This document shows positions 47,988-57,548 of a stretch of DNA of 64,000 nt, piece by piece (positions within the stretch are counted from its first letter, which is position 1; the number at the start of each line of letters is the position of its first letter). The notes beneath the pieces are model-generated. The model saw nothing but the letters and a program-made list of their open reading frames with translations. It ran no database searches and had not been told where the DNA came from. The position numbers and the translations under genes were made by a program. The stretch is from Candidatus Latescibacterota bacterium. Its GTDB lineage: Bacteria; Latescibacterota; UBA2968; GCA-2709665. The stretch spans positions 4,928,001-4,992,000 of the forward strand of contig OZ244937.1 in the NCBI GenBank assembly GCA_965222075.1, in the 5' to 3' direction.

Positions 47988-49175
47988 ATGGATCTTTATG
48001 AGAAGTACCGGCTGACGCGGATTATCAATGCCAATGGGAAGATGACGAGCCTTGCGGGCGCCATCGTTCTTCCGGAAATCGTCGAAACGGTGGATGAGGC
48101 GATGTCCCGGTTTTTCGAGTTGAGCGAACTCCAGGAGCGGGCGGGCGAGGTGATCGCACGGGCAACGGGCGCGGAGTGGGGCTGCGTGACAGCCTGCACG
48201 GCAGCGGGGATCACGCTGGGGGTGGCGGCCTGTATGACGGGGCAAGACCCGGGGAAGGTGGCCCAGCTCCCGGAAACGGCGGGGATGCGGGACGAGGTGG
48301 TGATTCAGAAGGGGCATACGGTAAATTTTGGGGCGCCGCTGACGCAGATGATCCGGCTTGCGGGGGCGAAGGCGGTCGAGGTCGGTACGGTCCACGGTAC
48401 GAGGGAATACCACCTGACGCATGCGATTGGGGATCAGACCGCGGCGGTGATGTTCGTGGTGTCGCACCATACGGTGCGGTACGGCTGTGTTCCCTTAGAA
48501 CGCGTGGTGGAGATCGCCCACGAGCGGGGGGTGCCGGTGGTGGTGGATGGCGCGGCGCAGTCGTTTGTGATTAAAGAGATTGTAGGCGCAGGAACGGACC
48601 TGGTGATTTGCAGCGGGCACAAGTATCTCTCCGGGACGACGGCGGGAATCGTCTGCGGCCGGGAGGACCTCGTGCGGGGGGTGAACCTGCAAAATCAGGG
48701 GATCGGACGGCCGATGAAGGTGGGGAAGGAGGGGATCGTGGGGGCGATGGTCGCGCTGGAGTACCGGATGAAGTTAGATGTGGATGCCTGGGAGGCCGAG
48801 CAGAACCGGAAGATGTACCGGATCATCGAACGCCTGGAGGGGATTGAGGGCATCCGCATAAGCGTGGAGCCGGATCCGAATGGGAATCCGTTCAGCCGGG
48901 CGCGGATGGACGTGGATGAGGGACAGGTGGGGCTGAGCGCCGGGGCCATTAGCCGGGCGGTGGCAGACGGAGATCCGTCGATCCGGGTGCGTGCGCACCA
49001 CGTGGACGAGGGATATTTTATGATTGATGCGATGGAGATGACGGATGAGGAGGTGGAGCTGACGTGCGACCGTCTGATGGGGGTTCTGACGTCGTCGGAG
49101 ACGGAGAAGGCGGAGATGAGGGGGAAGTACGGGAGTGAGGAGATGACCTCCGCGAGGTGGTCCTGGCTGGGGTGA
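47988..49175 (+). CDS. SelA/DgaE-like PLP-dependent enzyme
   Basis: IINANG.MTSL.G, VVDGAA, SGHKYL, GRPMKVGKE. Confidence 0.8.
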   Translation: MDLYEKYRLTRIINANGKMTSLAGAIVLPEIVETVDEAMSRFFELSELQERAGEVIARATGAEWGCVTACTAAGITLGVAACMTGQDPGKVAQLPETAGMRDEVVIQKGHTVNFGAPLTQMIRLAGAKAVEVGTVHGTREYHLTHAIGDQTAAVMFVVSHHTVRYGCVPLERVVEIAHERGVPVVVDGAAQSFVIKEIVGAGTDLVICSGHKYLSGTTAGIVCGREDLVRGVNLQNQGIGRPMKVGKEGIVGAMVALEYRMKLDVDAWEAEQNRKMYRIIERLEGIEGIRISVEPDPNGNPFSRARMDVDEGQVGLSAGAISRAVADGDPSIRVRAHHVDEGYFMIDAMEMTDEEVELTCDRLMGVLTSSETEKAEMRGKYGSEEMTSARWSWLG

Positions 49176-49195
49176 GTTGGATCTGCCAGGGCTAC

Positions 49196-49240
49196 AAAAA
49201 AAAGATCCCCGCCGGATGAGGCATCCCGCGGGGATTCTGC
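49196..49240. terminator. Terminator between convergent genes (U-tract on minus strand)
   Basis: A8-gatccccgc...gcggggattc. Confidence 0.65.
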
Positions 49241-49278
49241 TTTCCTGATCCTGTTCACAGCAGGGATGGCCTGACCTG

Positions 49279-50505
49279 TTATGGCAGGTTACCCGTAATG
49301 GAGACCTGGCCCGTGAAACCGCCAGCAGCCAGCTTGTCTGCGAGCGCCTGACAGGAACTGGTCGGCAGTGTTGCATTCCCGGTGAATATCAGGTTCCCAC
49401 CGACGCTGGTGAGATTGTTCAGGGCTTCCAGACTGGTCAGCGCCGCATTGTTGTCAACTCCCAGGTCTTCGCCGATGTTATTGAGGTTGTTCAGACCCTC
49501 CAGGGTCGTCAGGGCGAAGTTTTTGGTGATTCCCAGGTCTCCTCCGATGCTGGTGAGGTTATTCAGGCCTTCCAGGGTAAGCAGGGCGACATTGCTGTCG
49601 ATCCCCAGGCCACCTCCGATGCTGGTGAGGTTATCCAGGCCCGCCAGGGAGGTGAGGACGGCATTGTTGGCGATGAGCACGTCTTCCGCGATGCTATTGA
49701 GGTTGTCCAGGCCCACCAGGCTGGTCAGCAGGGGATTGGTGCCGATTAGCATAATCCCCTCCAACCTGGTGAGGCTATTCAGGCCGTTCAGGGTCGTCAG
49801 GGCATCGTTCTCGACAACAACCAGGTCTCCTCCGAGGTTGTTGACGCTGCGCAGGCCCTCTATGGTGGTGAGGGCGGCATTGTTGTCGAGTTGCAGGAAC
49901 CCCCCCCCGCTGGTGAGGCTGCGCAGGCCCTCTATGGTGGTAAGGCCGGCATTGTTGGCGATAAACAGGTCTCCCCCGACACTGGTGAGATTACGCAGAC
50001 CCTCCAGGGTGGTGAGGCCAGCATTGGTGTCGATGGTCAGGCTACCTGCTATGCTGGTGAGGTTATGGAGGCCTTCCAGGCTTTTCAGTGAGGGATTGCT
50101 GTCGATAAGCATCTCTCCATTTACTACGTGGGTGAGGTTGCTCAGGGCTCCCAGGGTAGTGAGGGCGGCATTGTTGCCGATGAACAGGTCTCCGCTTATG
50201 CTGAGGTTGTTGATGCCTTCCAGGCTGGTCAGCAAGGGGTTGCTGTCGATAAACAGGCCCGCTTCTACGCCGGTTAGGCTGCGCAGGCCCTCCAGGGTCG
50301 TCAGAGGAGAGCCGTCAATCAGGAGGCCGCCGGTGATCTTGAACGCGTCCCCTCCACTGGAGACCAGAGCGCCAAGATCCGCCTGGGTACGGATGGTAAA
50401 GTTCCCCTCCAATACCTTCACGTCTGAAGATGCCGGATCCTCACTTCCACAGCTGACCAGCACCCCGGCAGCCATCAGGGCCAGAAAGACGAAGCTCCTT
50501 TGCAT
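49279..50505 (-). CDS. Receptor-L-domain/LRR-like lipoprotein (25-aa repeats)
   Basis: Lipobox LVSC; repeats L.SL.GL.NLTS.GG.L.I..N.. Confidence 0.85.
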   Translation of the reverse strand: MQRSFVFLALMAAGVLVSCGSEDPASSDVKVLEGNFTIRTQADLGALVSSGGDAFKITGGLLIDGSPLTTLEGLRSLTGVEAGLFIDSNPLLTSLEGINNLSISGDLFIGNNAALTTLGALSNLTHVVNGEMLIDSNPSLKSLEGLHNLTSIAGSLTIDTNAGLTTLEGLRNLTSVGGDLFIANNAGLTTIEGLRSLTSGGGFLQLDNNAALTTIEGLRSVNNLGGDLVVVENDALTTLNGLNSLTRLEGIMLIGTNPLLTSLVGLDNLNSIAEDVLIANNAVLTSLAGLDNLTSIGGGLGIDSNVALLTLEGLNNLTSIGGDLGITKNFALTTLEGLNNLNNIGEDLGVDNNAALTSLEALNNLTSVGGNLIFTGNATLPTSSCQALADKLAAGGFTGQVSITGNLP

Positions 50506-50717
50506 AATATCCTCTCAGAAATCGAGTGGTGTCCTCAATGCCGGGCACAGACCGTTGAAATCCGGAGTACCGACACCGGGGGACGCATGGTGTTCGCCCG
50601 TACGATGCCTGATATAATATCCGGAAGTGGAGGCCCGCACGCAAGACAATTTCGTTTCCGGCAATTTGGCCGACCGGGGCCATTCTACGATGAAGACAAC
50701 AGAATCCGCCTTCCGTT

Positions 50718-51965
50718 TCAATCCGTCAGGAGTTTCCCACCTCCGAACATCCGTCCTATATCCCGCTTGATGTCACCTTCCATCAGCGGCCAGCCGGCGT
50801 CTCTGAGCGCACCATATTTTCTCGCCAGCACGGGACCGATGGCTTTCAGAGCGTGGGGCCACTTGTAGAGGAGCTGGTCCAGGATACGGGCGTCGGAGTG
50901 CTGGGGGATGAAGCTGGTGCCCAGGAGTTCCATGCGCTCGGATGTGACTTCTTCGATGATGCTGGGGTTATTGAGGAACCACCAGCAGCCGAAGGGGAGG
51001 ATGTTGGGGAATTTTCGGGCGGCGACGCACAGTTCGTGCTGGTCTTCACGGGAGAGAACCGTGATCAGGAAGGTGACGTCGGACCACTCGCGGGCGATGT
51101 TTTCCAGGTTGGTGAGGTCCCAGCTTCCGAGGCTGTCACCGCCGTCGCGCAAGACGGGGTTGACCTGCCGCCGCACGCCCACCATCATGGCCGAGGGGAT
51201 GTTCCGCTCCCGGGCGGTGGGGTAGACGACCTCGCCCATGAGTTTTGCGATGCTGCTTTTTCCGGGATAGGTGAAGTCGGGGGGCAGGGAGATGGCCATG
51301 TACCGCGCGTCCATGCGGTCGCACCAATCGTTGAGGTAGCGGCGGAGTTCGGAGACGGTTTTCTGAGAGATTTCTTTTTCGACGTTGTAGCCCAGGGCGT
51401 TTAATTTTTCCACTCCGCCCGGCCAGCCCATCAGGGCGCTGTCCAAGCGCAGGACGGCCCGGAAGCGGGGATCGCGGTCGAAGCCCTCCTGCCAGATGGG
51501 ACCTTCGACGTCGTCTAAGGGATCGTTGGTCATGAAAACACTGGCAACGCCCGCTTTCCGGAAGACCTGATTGACGTAGTCCTCCGGTTTGAGGTCGGCG
51601 CAGTAGGCGCGGAATTCGGAGAGGTCGTTCGCCCTGGGGTTCAGGCCGAGGGCGACCATGACGGTGACAACACCAAGTTGGGCCTCGGAGACGGGGCTGC
51701 TGTCCCCCACGAAGAGGGTTTTCCAGATGATATCCGCTTGCCCGGATTTAGGCAGGCCGTTGAAATCCTTCACAGAGATGCCGGGCGGTAACTGGCGGGA
51801 GGCCTCGGCCTTCAGGTAGTGGTAGGTGAGCAGTTCGTCGGGCCCCCACAGGCTGAGCGGGCCCATCCGGGGAGGGTAGAGGTGGGTGTGGATGTCTACG
51901 ATGGGTTGTTCGGAAAGGGCGCGGGTGACAGCGGAGCTTACTGAGAAGCTGTTTGGACTGGACAT
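50718..51965 (-). CDS. uxaC: Uronate (glucuronate) isomerase, divergent amidohydrolase-type family
   Basis: DIHTH, ELLTYHYL, MTND, GCWWF, QHSDAR. Confidence 0.8.
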   Translation of the reverse strand: MSSPNSFSVSSAVTRALSEQPIVDIHTHLYPPRMGPLSLWGPDELLTYHYLKAEASRQLPPGISVKDFNGLPKSGQADIIWKTLFVGDSSPVSEAQLGVVTVMVALGLNPRANDLSEFRAYCADLKPEDYVNQVFRKAGVASVFMTNDPLDDVEGPIWQEGFDRDPRFRAVLRLDSALMGWPGGVEKLNALGYNVEKEISQKTVSELRRYLNDWCDRMDARYMAISLPPDFTYPGKSSIAKLMGEVVYPTARERNIPSAMMVGVRRQVNPVLRDGGDSLGSWDLTNLENIAREWSDVTFLITVLSREDQHELCVAARKFPNILPFGCWWFLNNPSIIEEVTSERMELLGTSFIPQHSDARILDQLLYKWPHALKAIGPVLARKYGALRDAGWPLMEGDIKRDIGRMFGGGKLLTD

Positions 51966-52056
51966 CTTTGATCTTGTTTATCGCAGGTCCTTTCGCTGAT
52001 AGTGCGTACGTAAGACACTTCTTCTCAACAAGCGTTATTTCAAAACATCTGGATGC

Positions 52057-53049
52057 TCATCCTTTCTGGACGAGGTAGCCCAGCCTTTTGTCCACGGTGT
52101 TCAGAAGCGGTTCGCCCGCGATATAGCGGCGGAGGTTTTCGCAAAAGATTTGCTGGATGTTCAAACGCCCCTCGGGAGAGTAGCCCGCCAGGTGGGGGGT
52201 GATGAGGACGTTGGGCATGTCCCAGAGGGGGCTGGATTTGGGGAGGGGTTCCTCTTCGAAGACGTCGAGGCCGGCACCGGCGATTTTTCCGGCTTGAAGG
52301 GCACCGATGAGGTCGGCTTCGTTGACGATGGGGCCCCGGGCGATGTTGACCAAGAAGGCGGTCTCTTTCATCCGGTCGAAGCAGGCGGCGTTCACGATCC
52401 CCCGCGTGCGGTTGGTGAGGGAGAAGGCGACCACGACGATGTCGGCTTCTGCAAGGGCGTGGAGCATGCCGTCTGCTGTTACAACACGCGCAACCCCTTC
52501 CGGCGGGGTTGTGACCTGGGCGTCTACGGCGATGACCTGCACGCCGAGGGCGCTGAGGCGGGAGGCGATGTTTCGTCCGATGGTACCCAGGCCGAGCACG
52601 CAGGCGATTTTTCCTTCGATCTGAGAGATCGGGGACTGGAAAAGATCCCACTTCCGTTCGCTACGGGTGCGCTCGTGGGCGGCGATGCCCCGGGTAAATC
52701 CGAGAATGAGGGCCAGGGCGTGTTCGGCCATGGCCGCGTCGAAGGCGCCGGCGGTATTGGTGATGATAACGTCGCTTTCAATCATTTCGGAGTAGAGCAT
52801 GGTTTCGAATCCGACGCCGATGCTCTGTACCCAGCGGAGCTTCCGGGCTTTCAAGAAGGGCTCCCTGGGCAGGCGGCCGTAAACGATTTCCGCGTCTACG
52901 ATTTCCCGTAAGAGGTCTTCGGGGGTGTGCGCGGCAACGGCTTCCACACGGGGGGATACGGCCTGGAGCTGGTCGAGCCATTCGGTCCAGGGGCCGGACA
53001 TGACGACGAGCTTGCGTTTGTCCATAGGGGTCTGCTTCTCCTTTCCCAA
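52057..53049 (-). CDS. D-2-hydroxyacid dehydrogenase
   Basis: GLGTIG, VNIARG, GAGLDVFEEEP, TPH. Confidence 0.9.
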   Translation of the reverse strand: MGKEKQTPMDKRKLVVMSGPWTEWLDQLQAVSPRVEAVAAHTPEDLLREIVDAEIVYGRLPREPFLKARKLRWVQSIGVGFETMLYSEMIESDVIITNTAGAFDAAMAEHALALILGFTRGIAAHERTRSERKWDLFQSPISQIEGKIACVLGLGTIGRNIASRLSALGVQVIAVDAQVTTPPEGVARVVTADGMLHALAEADIVVVAFSLTNRTRGIVNAACFDRMKETAFLVNIARGPIVNEADLIGALQAGKIAGAGLDVFEEEPLPKSSPLWDMPNVLITPHLAGYSPEGRLNIQQIFCENLRRYIAGEPLLNTVDKRLGYLVQKG

Positions 53050-53073
53050 TAGATCAGGCGGATATGTGCGTTC

Positions 53074-53829
53074 TCAGGGTTTTTTAAAGATCAGATTCTG
53101 CACGATGCCGGGCGTGTAATCGACCACATCGGCGTTGTGAAATACGAATCCTTTGTTGAGAAAGATATCCTTGATTTGAGACGCGATGTTTTTGTGCATA
53201 AAGACTTCGATAAGAACGCTTTTTAACCGGGGGTCGGAAAGGGTCTGGTCGGCGCCGGTGACGATCCGGTCTTCGATGCCGTCCACGTCGACCTTGATGT
53301 GGGTGGGAAAGGGCGCGGAGAGCCGGCCGGTGAGGTCGTCTAAGGAAACGGCCAGGATGCCCTGTTGATTTTGCGGGGGGAACGGTTTTTCGCCCTGAGT
53401 GATGGGGCGGCCCAGGGCGTGCAGGGCTGCGCCGGGGGCGAAGGTTTTGACGTAGAATTGGTGGAAAACCATGCGGTCCGTTATGGCCAGGCAATAGGGG
53501 ATGACGGTTCCGACCAGGTCGTTGAGGACGATGTTTTTGTTGAGTTTGGCAAAGTTCAGGGCTTCGGGCTCAAAGGCGAGTACCGTGACCTGTTTTTTGA
53601 GTTTCAACGCCGCGTAGAGAGCGTACTGGCCGATGTTGGCGCCCACATCGTAGATGATATCGCCCGGCCGGAAGAAGGTGTCGATCCAGGCGAGGGTGTC
53701 CGGCTCTTTTTCGGTATAGGTGCTGGCCCGCCAGCGTTCGTGGTTTCGGACGCCTTCCTCTTCGGCTTCGGTGTCGAGATCGATCAGGATGGTTTCACCG
53801 CCGACCTCACAGGTCAGGATGGTGCTCAC
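53074..53829 (-). CDS. FkbM-family methyltransferase
   Basis: DVGANIG, AFEP, HIKVDVDG. Confidence 0.88.
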   Translation of the reverse strand: MSTILTCEVGGETILIDLDTEAEEEGVRNHERWRASTYTEKEPDTLAWIDTFFRPGDIIYDVGANIGQYALYAALKLKKQVTVLAFEPEALNFAKLNKNIVLNDLVGTVIPYCLAITDRMVFHQFYVKTFAPGAALHALGRPITQGEKPFPPQNQQGILAVSLDDLTGRLSAPFPTHIKVDVDGIEDRIVTGADQTLSDPRLKSVLIEVFMHKNIASQIKDIFLNKGFVFHNADVVDYTPGIVQNLIFKKP

Positions 53830-53936
53830 TTCTCAGCTCCTTTTGAAGGCTTGCGCTGTGCCGGGGATTCTTGTATTCTTACCGTCTGTGTGGCCAGTCA
53901 TGATAAGCAAATCATTCACAATTGCAAGGAGTAGCT

Positions 53937-54929
53937 ATGCCCGGACCTTACGATGTGTACGGAATTGGAAATGCGCTGGTGGATATCCAGTACCGGGTCA
54001 ATCCGGAATACTTAGATCGGATGCAGATTGAAAAGGGCGTGATGACGCTTGTGGAAGAGGAACGCCAGAAAGAGCTGATGGACAGCCTCCAGGACGTGCC
54101 TTCGGAGCGGGCGTCAGGCGGTTCGGCGGCCAATACGATGATCGGTCTGGCCAATTTTGGTGGCAGGGGCTATTATGCCTGCAAGGTGGGCAAGGATGAA
54201 TACGGGGATTTTTACCTGAAGGACCTGGAAGCGACTGGCGTGGCCTTCAACCCTTCCAACCGGGAGGCGGGGGTTACGGGCAAGTGTCTGGTTTTTATCA
54301 CTCCCGATGCGGACCGGACGATGAATACGTTTCTGGGGATTACAAGCACGTTCGGGCCGGGTCAGGTGGAAGAGGAGGTGGTCCGGCAAAGCGCGTATCT
54401 CTACATTGAGGGGTATCTGCTGTCGTCGGAGACCGGGTTTCAGGCGGCGCTGGCGGCGCAGTCGTATGCGCGGGCTCACGGGACGCAGGTGGCCATTACG
54501 CTGAGCGATCCGTTTATCGTCAATGTGTTCAAGGACCAGGTCCGGGAAATTCTGAGCGGGGGTGTGGACCTCCTGTTTTGTAACGAGGCAGAAGCCCAGG
54601 CCTATACGGAGACGTCGGATACGACCGATGCCTGTGACGCGCTTTCCGGTGTGGTGGAACGGTTTGCGGTGACCTGCGGGCCCGACGGGGCGGTTGTTGG
54701 CGAGGGAGATCGGAGGCTGGAGGCGCCGGGGTTCCGCGTGGAAGCGGTGGATACGAACGGGGCCGGGGATAGCTTTGCGGGCGCGTTCCTGTTCGGGGTG
54801 ACCAGCGGGTACGATGCGGCGCAGGCTGCCAAATTGGCGACCTACATGTCGTCCCGGGTTGTGGCCAAGTACGGGCCCCGGCTCGATGGGTCTTTGAAGG
54901 GGGAGGTGAATCGGATTCTGGCGCTTTGA
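53937..54929 (+). CDS. PfkB-family (adenosine-kinase-like) kinase
   Basis: GNALVD, GGSAANT, RTMNTFLG, DTNGAGD. Confidence 0.9.
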   Translation: MPGPYDVYGIGNALVDIQYRVNPEYLDRMQIEKGVMTLVEEERQKELMDSLQDVPSERASGGSAANTMIGLANFGGRGYYACKVGKDEYGDFYLKDLEATGVAFNPSNREAGVTGKCLVFITPDADRTMNTFLGITSTFGPGQVEEEVVRQSAYLYIEGYLLSSETGFQAALAAQSYARAHGTQVAITLSDPFIVNVFKDQVREILSGGVDLLFCNEAEAQAYTETSDTTDACDALSGVVERFAVTCGPDGAVVGEGDRRLEAPGFRVEAVDTNGAGDSFAGAFLFGVTSGYDAAQAAKLATYMSSRVVAKYGPRLDGSLKGEVNRILAL

Positions 54930-54959
54930 ACAATGTGGCTGGTGGGGACTTCCTTTGCC

Positions 54960-56222
54960 TCATGGGGCATCGGTTTGTGTTTTTCTTTTGCGCAGGCCGG
55001 AGAACGCGGCCGTTACGCCCAGGACGGTGAGGGCCGCGATTGTGCATGTGAGGCCCACGGCGGTGGGAGCGCCGAAGGCGGAGGCCAGGACGCCGGTCTG
55101 CAGTCTGCCCATCGGGCCTCCTCCGATGGCCAGGACGAGCGTGCCCATGGCCCGGTCGCGCATGTCGTCGCTGGATGAAGTGAGCACGATGGTGCTTTGC
55201 ATGACGGAGAAACAGGCGTGGCCCATTCCTGCGAGGATAAGCAGGGCCACCGACAGGGGATAGGAGGTGGAGGCTGCAAAGGCGACCACCGCGATCGACA
55301 GGAAGAGGGAGCCGCCCGCATAGATCCGGCCGGGGCTGAGGAAGCGCCGAAGTCCATTGACGACCAGCAGCCCGACGAAGGCCCCGATGCCGCCAGCGGC
55401 GTCGAGCAGGCCCAGGCCGACCGGGCCCTGGCCCAGGATATCGCGGGCGAAGACGGGCAGCAGGGTCTGGTAGGGGAAGACCAGGATGTTTATTGTGACG
55501 GTGACCAGCAGGACGCCCGGGATGGTCGGGTGCCCGCGGACGTAGCGCAGGCCTTCGACCATGGTGGTCCAGGGGGTGGCTTTTTTCGATCGTCCCGAAG
55601 GCTGCGCCGGCTGCCGGGAGAGCCCGAGCAGGATCAGGAGCGCCAGGGCGGAGAGGCCCGCCAGTACGGCGAAGCATCCTGTTACTCCCAGGAGCTCAAT
55701 GAAAATACCGGCTCCGAAAGGGCCGATGACCCGGCCGATGTTCTGGAAGAAGCCCTCTAAGAGCATCCCGTCCATGGTCCGCTCCCTGCCGATCAGATCG
55801 GGCAGAAGGGCGCGGCGCGCCGGCCAGTCCACCCCCCACGCGGTGCCCAGGAGGACGGCGGAGAGCGCCAGGTGCCAGAAGGCGAGACGGCCGGTCCAGA
55901 GCAGGAGGAAGATGGCAATCGTGACGGCCAGGACCGCCCCTTGCGAACAGAGGATGACACTGCGGCGCCCGAGTCGGTCCGCAACCTGTCCGGAGAAAAA
56001 GCCGAGGACCAAAAGGGGAGCCGAGCGGTAGAAGCCGACGAGGGCGACCAGCCAGGCCGAGTTCGTGATTTCCAGAACGAGCCAGCCGGTGGCGATCATT
56101 TCCATAAATCGCGACTGCCACCAGAGGGCGTTGCCCAGCAGCAGCCGGCGGCAGTCGGGTACGCTTAAGGGCGCAAGGACGCCGCTGAAGATGGATCGAT
56201 TGTCCGCTTTCACCTCCCCCAC
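54960..56222 (-). CDS. MFS transporter
   Basis: About 12 hydrophobic segments; GQVADRLGRR motif A. Confidence 0.9.
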   Translation of the reverse strand: MGEVKADNRSIFSGVLAPLSVPDCRRLLLGNALWWQSRFMEMIATGWLVLEITNSAWLVALVGFYRSAPLLVLGFFSGQVADRLGRRSVILCSQGAVLAVTIAIFLLLWTGRLAFWHLALSAVLLGTAWGVDWPARRALLPDLIGRERTMDGMLLEGFFQNIGRVIGPFGAGIFIELLGVTGCFAVLAGLSALALLILLGLSRQPAQPSGRSKKATPWTTMVEGLRYVRGHPTIPGVLLVTVTINILVFPYQTLLPVFARDILGQGPVGLGLLDAAGGIGAFVGLLVVNGLRRFLSPGRIYAGGSLFLSIAVVAFAASTSYPLSVALLILAGMGHACFSVMQSTIVLTSSSDDMRDRAMGTLVLAIGGGPMGRLQTGVLASAFGAPTAVGLTCTIAALTVLGVTAAFSGLRKRKTQTDAP

Positions 56223-56243
56223 CTTTTACCGCCGCAGAGCGTG

Positions 56244-56588
56244 TTAAGGCCCTTCGTCGGGCGGGTGTCTCAGGTTCCGGTCCGGAAAATCGCGGTAGGG
56301 ATGTTCGGCCAGGGTATCTTCATTCAGAGAGTAGAGGTCCATCGCCCCCCGTTTGCTTGCGAAGTCGGTGTAGGCGGTGAAGGTGAAGTGCTTGATGTTG
56401 AAGGGGCTGCGCCCTACCAGGTAGCGGCCGAGCTGCCGGATGTGGACCTCGATGGCCCGGTCGCGGTCGTGCTGCGTGTAAGCCTCCCCCCAGCCGTGGA
56501 GCCCGGCATCGGTTTCAATTTTGACAAAGAGCAGGTTCTTGGCAGTTTCGGGGTGGACGAGGAAGGTTTTGACGCAGGTGATTTTCAT
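56244..56588 (-). pseudogene. Mandelate racemase/galactonate dehydratase-family gene with large in-frame internal deletion
   Basis: MKIT..KTF, FVKIETD.GL.GWGEA N-terminal domain joined directly to a C-terminal-type tail (LNED.LA.HPY); only 114 aa, TIM barrel missing. Confidence 0.75.
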
Positions 56589-56630
56589 AGGGGATCTTCC
56601 TTTCCACAGGGTATGATTGTTCGCGGTGGT

Positions 56631-56684
56631 GGTTTGACCCGGGAGGTCAAACCCCGCCTGCCTCGCCTGCTTCAGCAGGCAGGC
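56631..56684. repeat. Intergenic hairpin plus CCTGCC...GGCAGG palindromic element
   Basis: ggtttgacc/ggtcaaacc hairpin, then cctgcctcgcctgcttcagcaggcaggc (cf. 2094-2121). Confidence 0.75.
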
Positions 56685-56743
56685 CATCCACTCTGCGGGT
56701 GGTCGTTGACTGAATTATTGTGTCACAAGTATAGGTCTTCAGG

Positions 56744-57505
56744 TCAAATCATGAGATCCCCGCCGTTAATATCCAGCGAGGCGCCCGTGATGTAGGCGGC
56801 GCGGTCGGTGGTGAGGAAGGCGACCAGGTCGGCGACCTCCTCGGGGCGTCCCAGGCGGGAAACGGGGAAGCTTTCGACATAGGCCCGGGTGCGGTCCTCG
56901 TCGATGGTGGACCGGACCATCTCGGTGTCGATGAGGCCGGGGCAGACGGCGTTGACGGTGATGCCATAGCGGGCGACTTCCCTGGCTAAGTGGCGGGTGA
57001 AGCCCAGGACGCCGGCCTTGGCGGCGGTGTAGTGGGCACCGCCGACGGTGCTGATGTTTTTCCCTGCGGTGGAGGAGAAGTTGACGATTCGGCCCCATCC
57101 AGCGGCCTGCATAGCGGGCAGCACGGCCTGCGAGCAGAGGAATGTGCCTTTGAGGTTGACGTCGATCACGCGCTCCCATTCCTCTTCGGAAATGTCGACG
57201 ACTTTCGTAGGGTAGAGGACGCCGGCATTGTTGACGAGGATGTGAACGCCTTCAAACGCATGGGCGGCCCAGTCGACCATGGCCTGCACGGCGGGGGCGT
57301 CCGTGACGTCGGCCCCAAAGGCGATCGATTCTGCGCCGGAGGACCGGAGTTCCCCGGCCGTACATTCGGCAGTCGATTCGTTCAGGTCGTTGACGACCAC
57401 GCGCGCGTCCATGTCCGCCAGGATGCGGGCTACGGCGCGGCCTATGCCCTGTCCGGCGCCGGTGACGATGGCGGTGCGGCCTTTGAGGGTTTCCAGTTCG
57501 AACAT
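56744..57505 (-). CDS. SDR (FabG-like)
   Basis: TGAGQGIG, NNAG, YTAAK, YITG. Confidence 0.9.
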   Translation of the reverse strand: MFELETLKGRTAIVTGAGQGIGRAVARILADMDARVVVNDLNESTAECTAGELRSSGAESIAFGADVTDAPAVQAMVDWAAHAFEGVHILVNNAGVLYPTKVVDISEEEWERVIDVNLKGTFLCSQAVLPAMQAAGWGRIVNFSSTAGKNISTVGGAHYTAAKAGVLGFTRHLAREVARYGITVNAVCPGLIDTEMVRSTIDEDRTRAYVESFPVSRLGRPEEVADLVAFLTTDRAAYITGASLDINGGDLMI

Positions 57506-57522
57506 TGGGGTTCCTTTCGATG

Positions 57523-57548
57523 GGGGGCGACCGGCTGGTCGCCCCTAC
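57523..57548 (-). repeat. GTAG-type REP-like palindrome
   Basis: Minus strand GTAGGGGCGACCAGCCGGTCGCCCCC. Confidence 0.7.

Noticed and set aside
47988-49175. True selenocysteine synthase selA
   Set aside because: Short, lacks the N-terminal tRNA-binding region, no selB/selC nearby; fits the SelA-like/DgaE group.
49382-50617. 411-aa repetitive plus-strand ORF
   Set aside because: Antisense mirror of the L-domain lipoprotein repeats.
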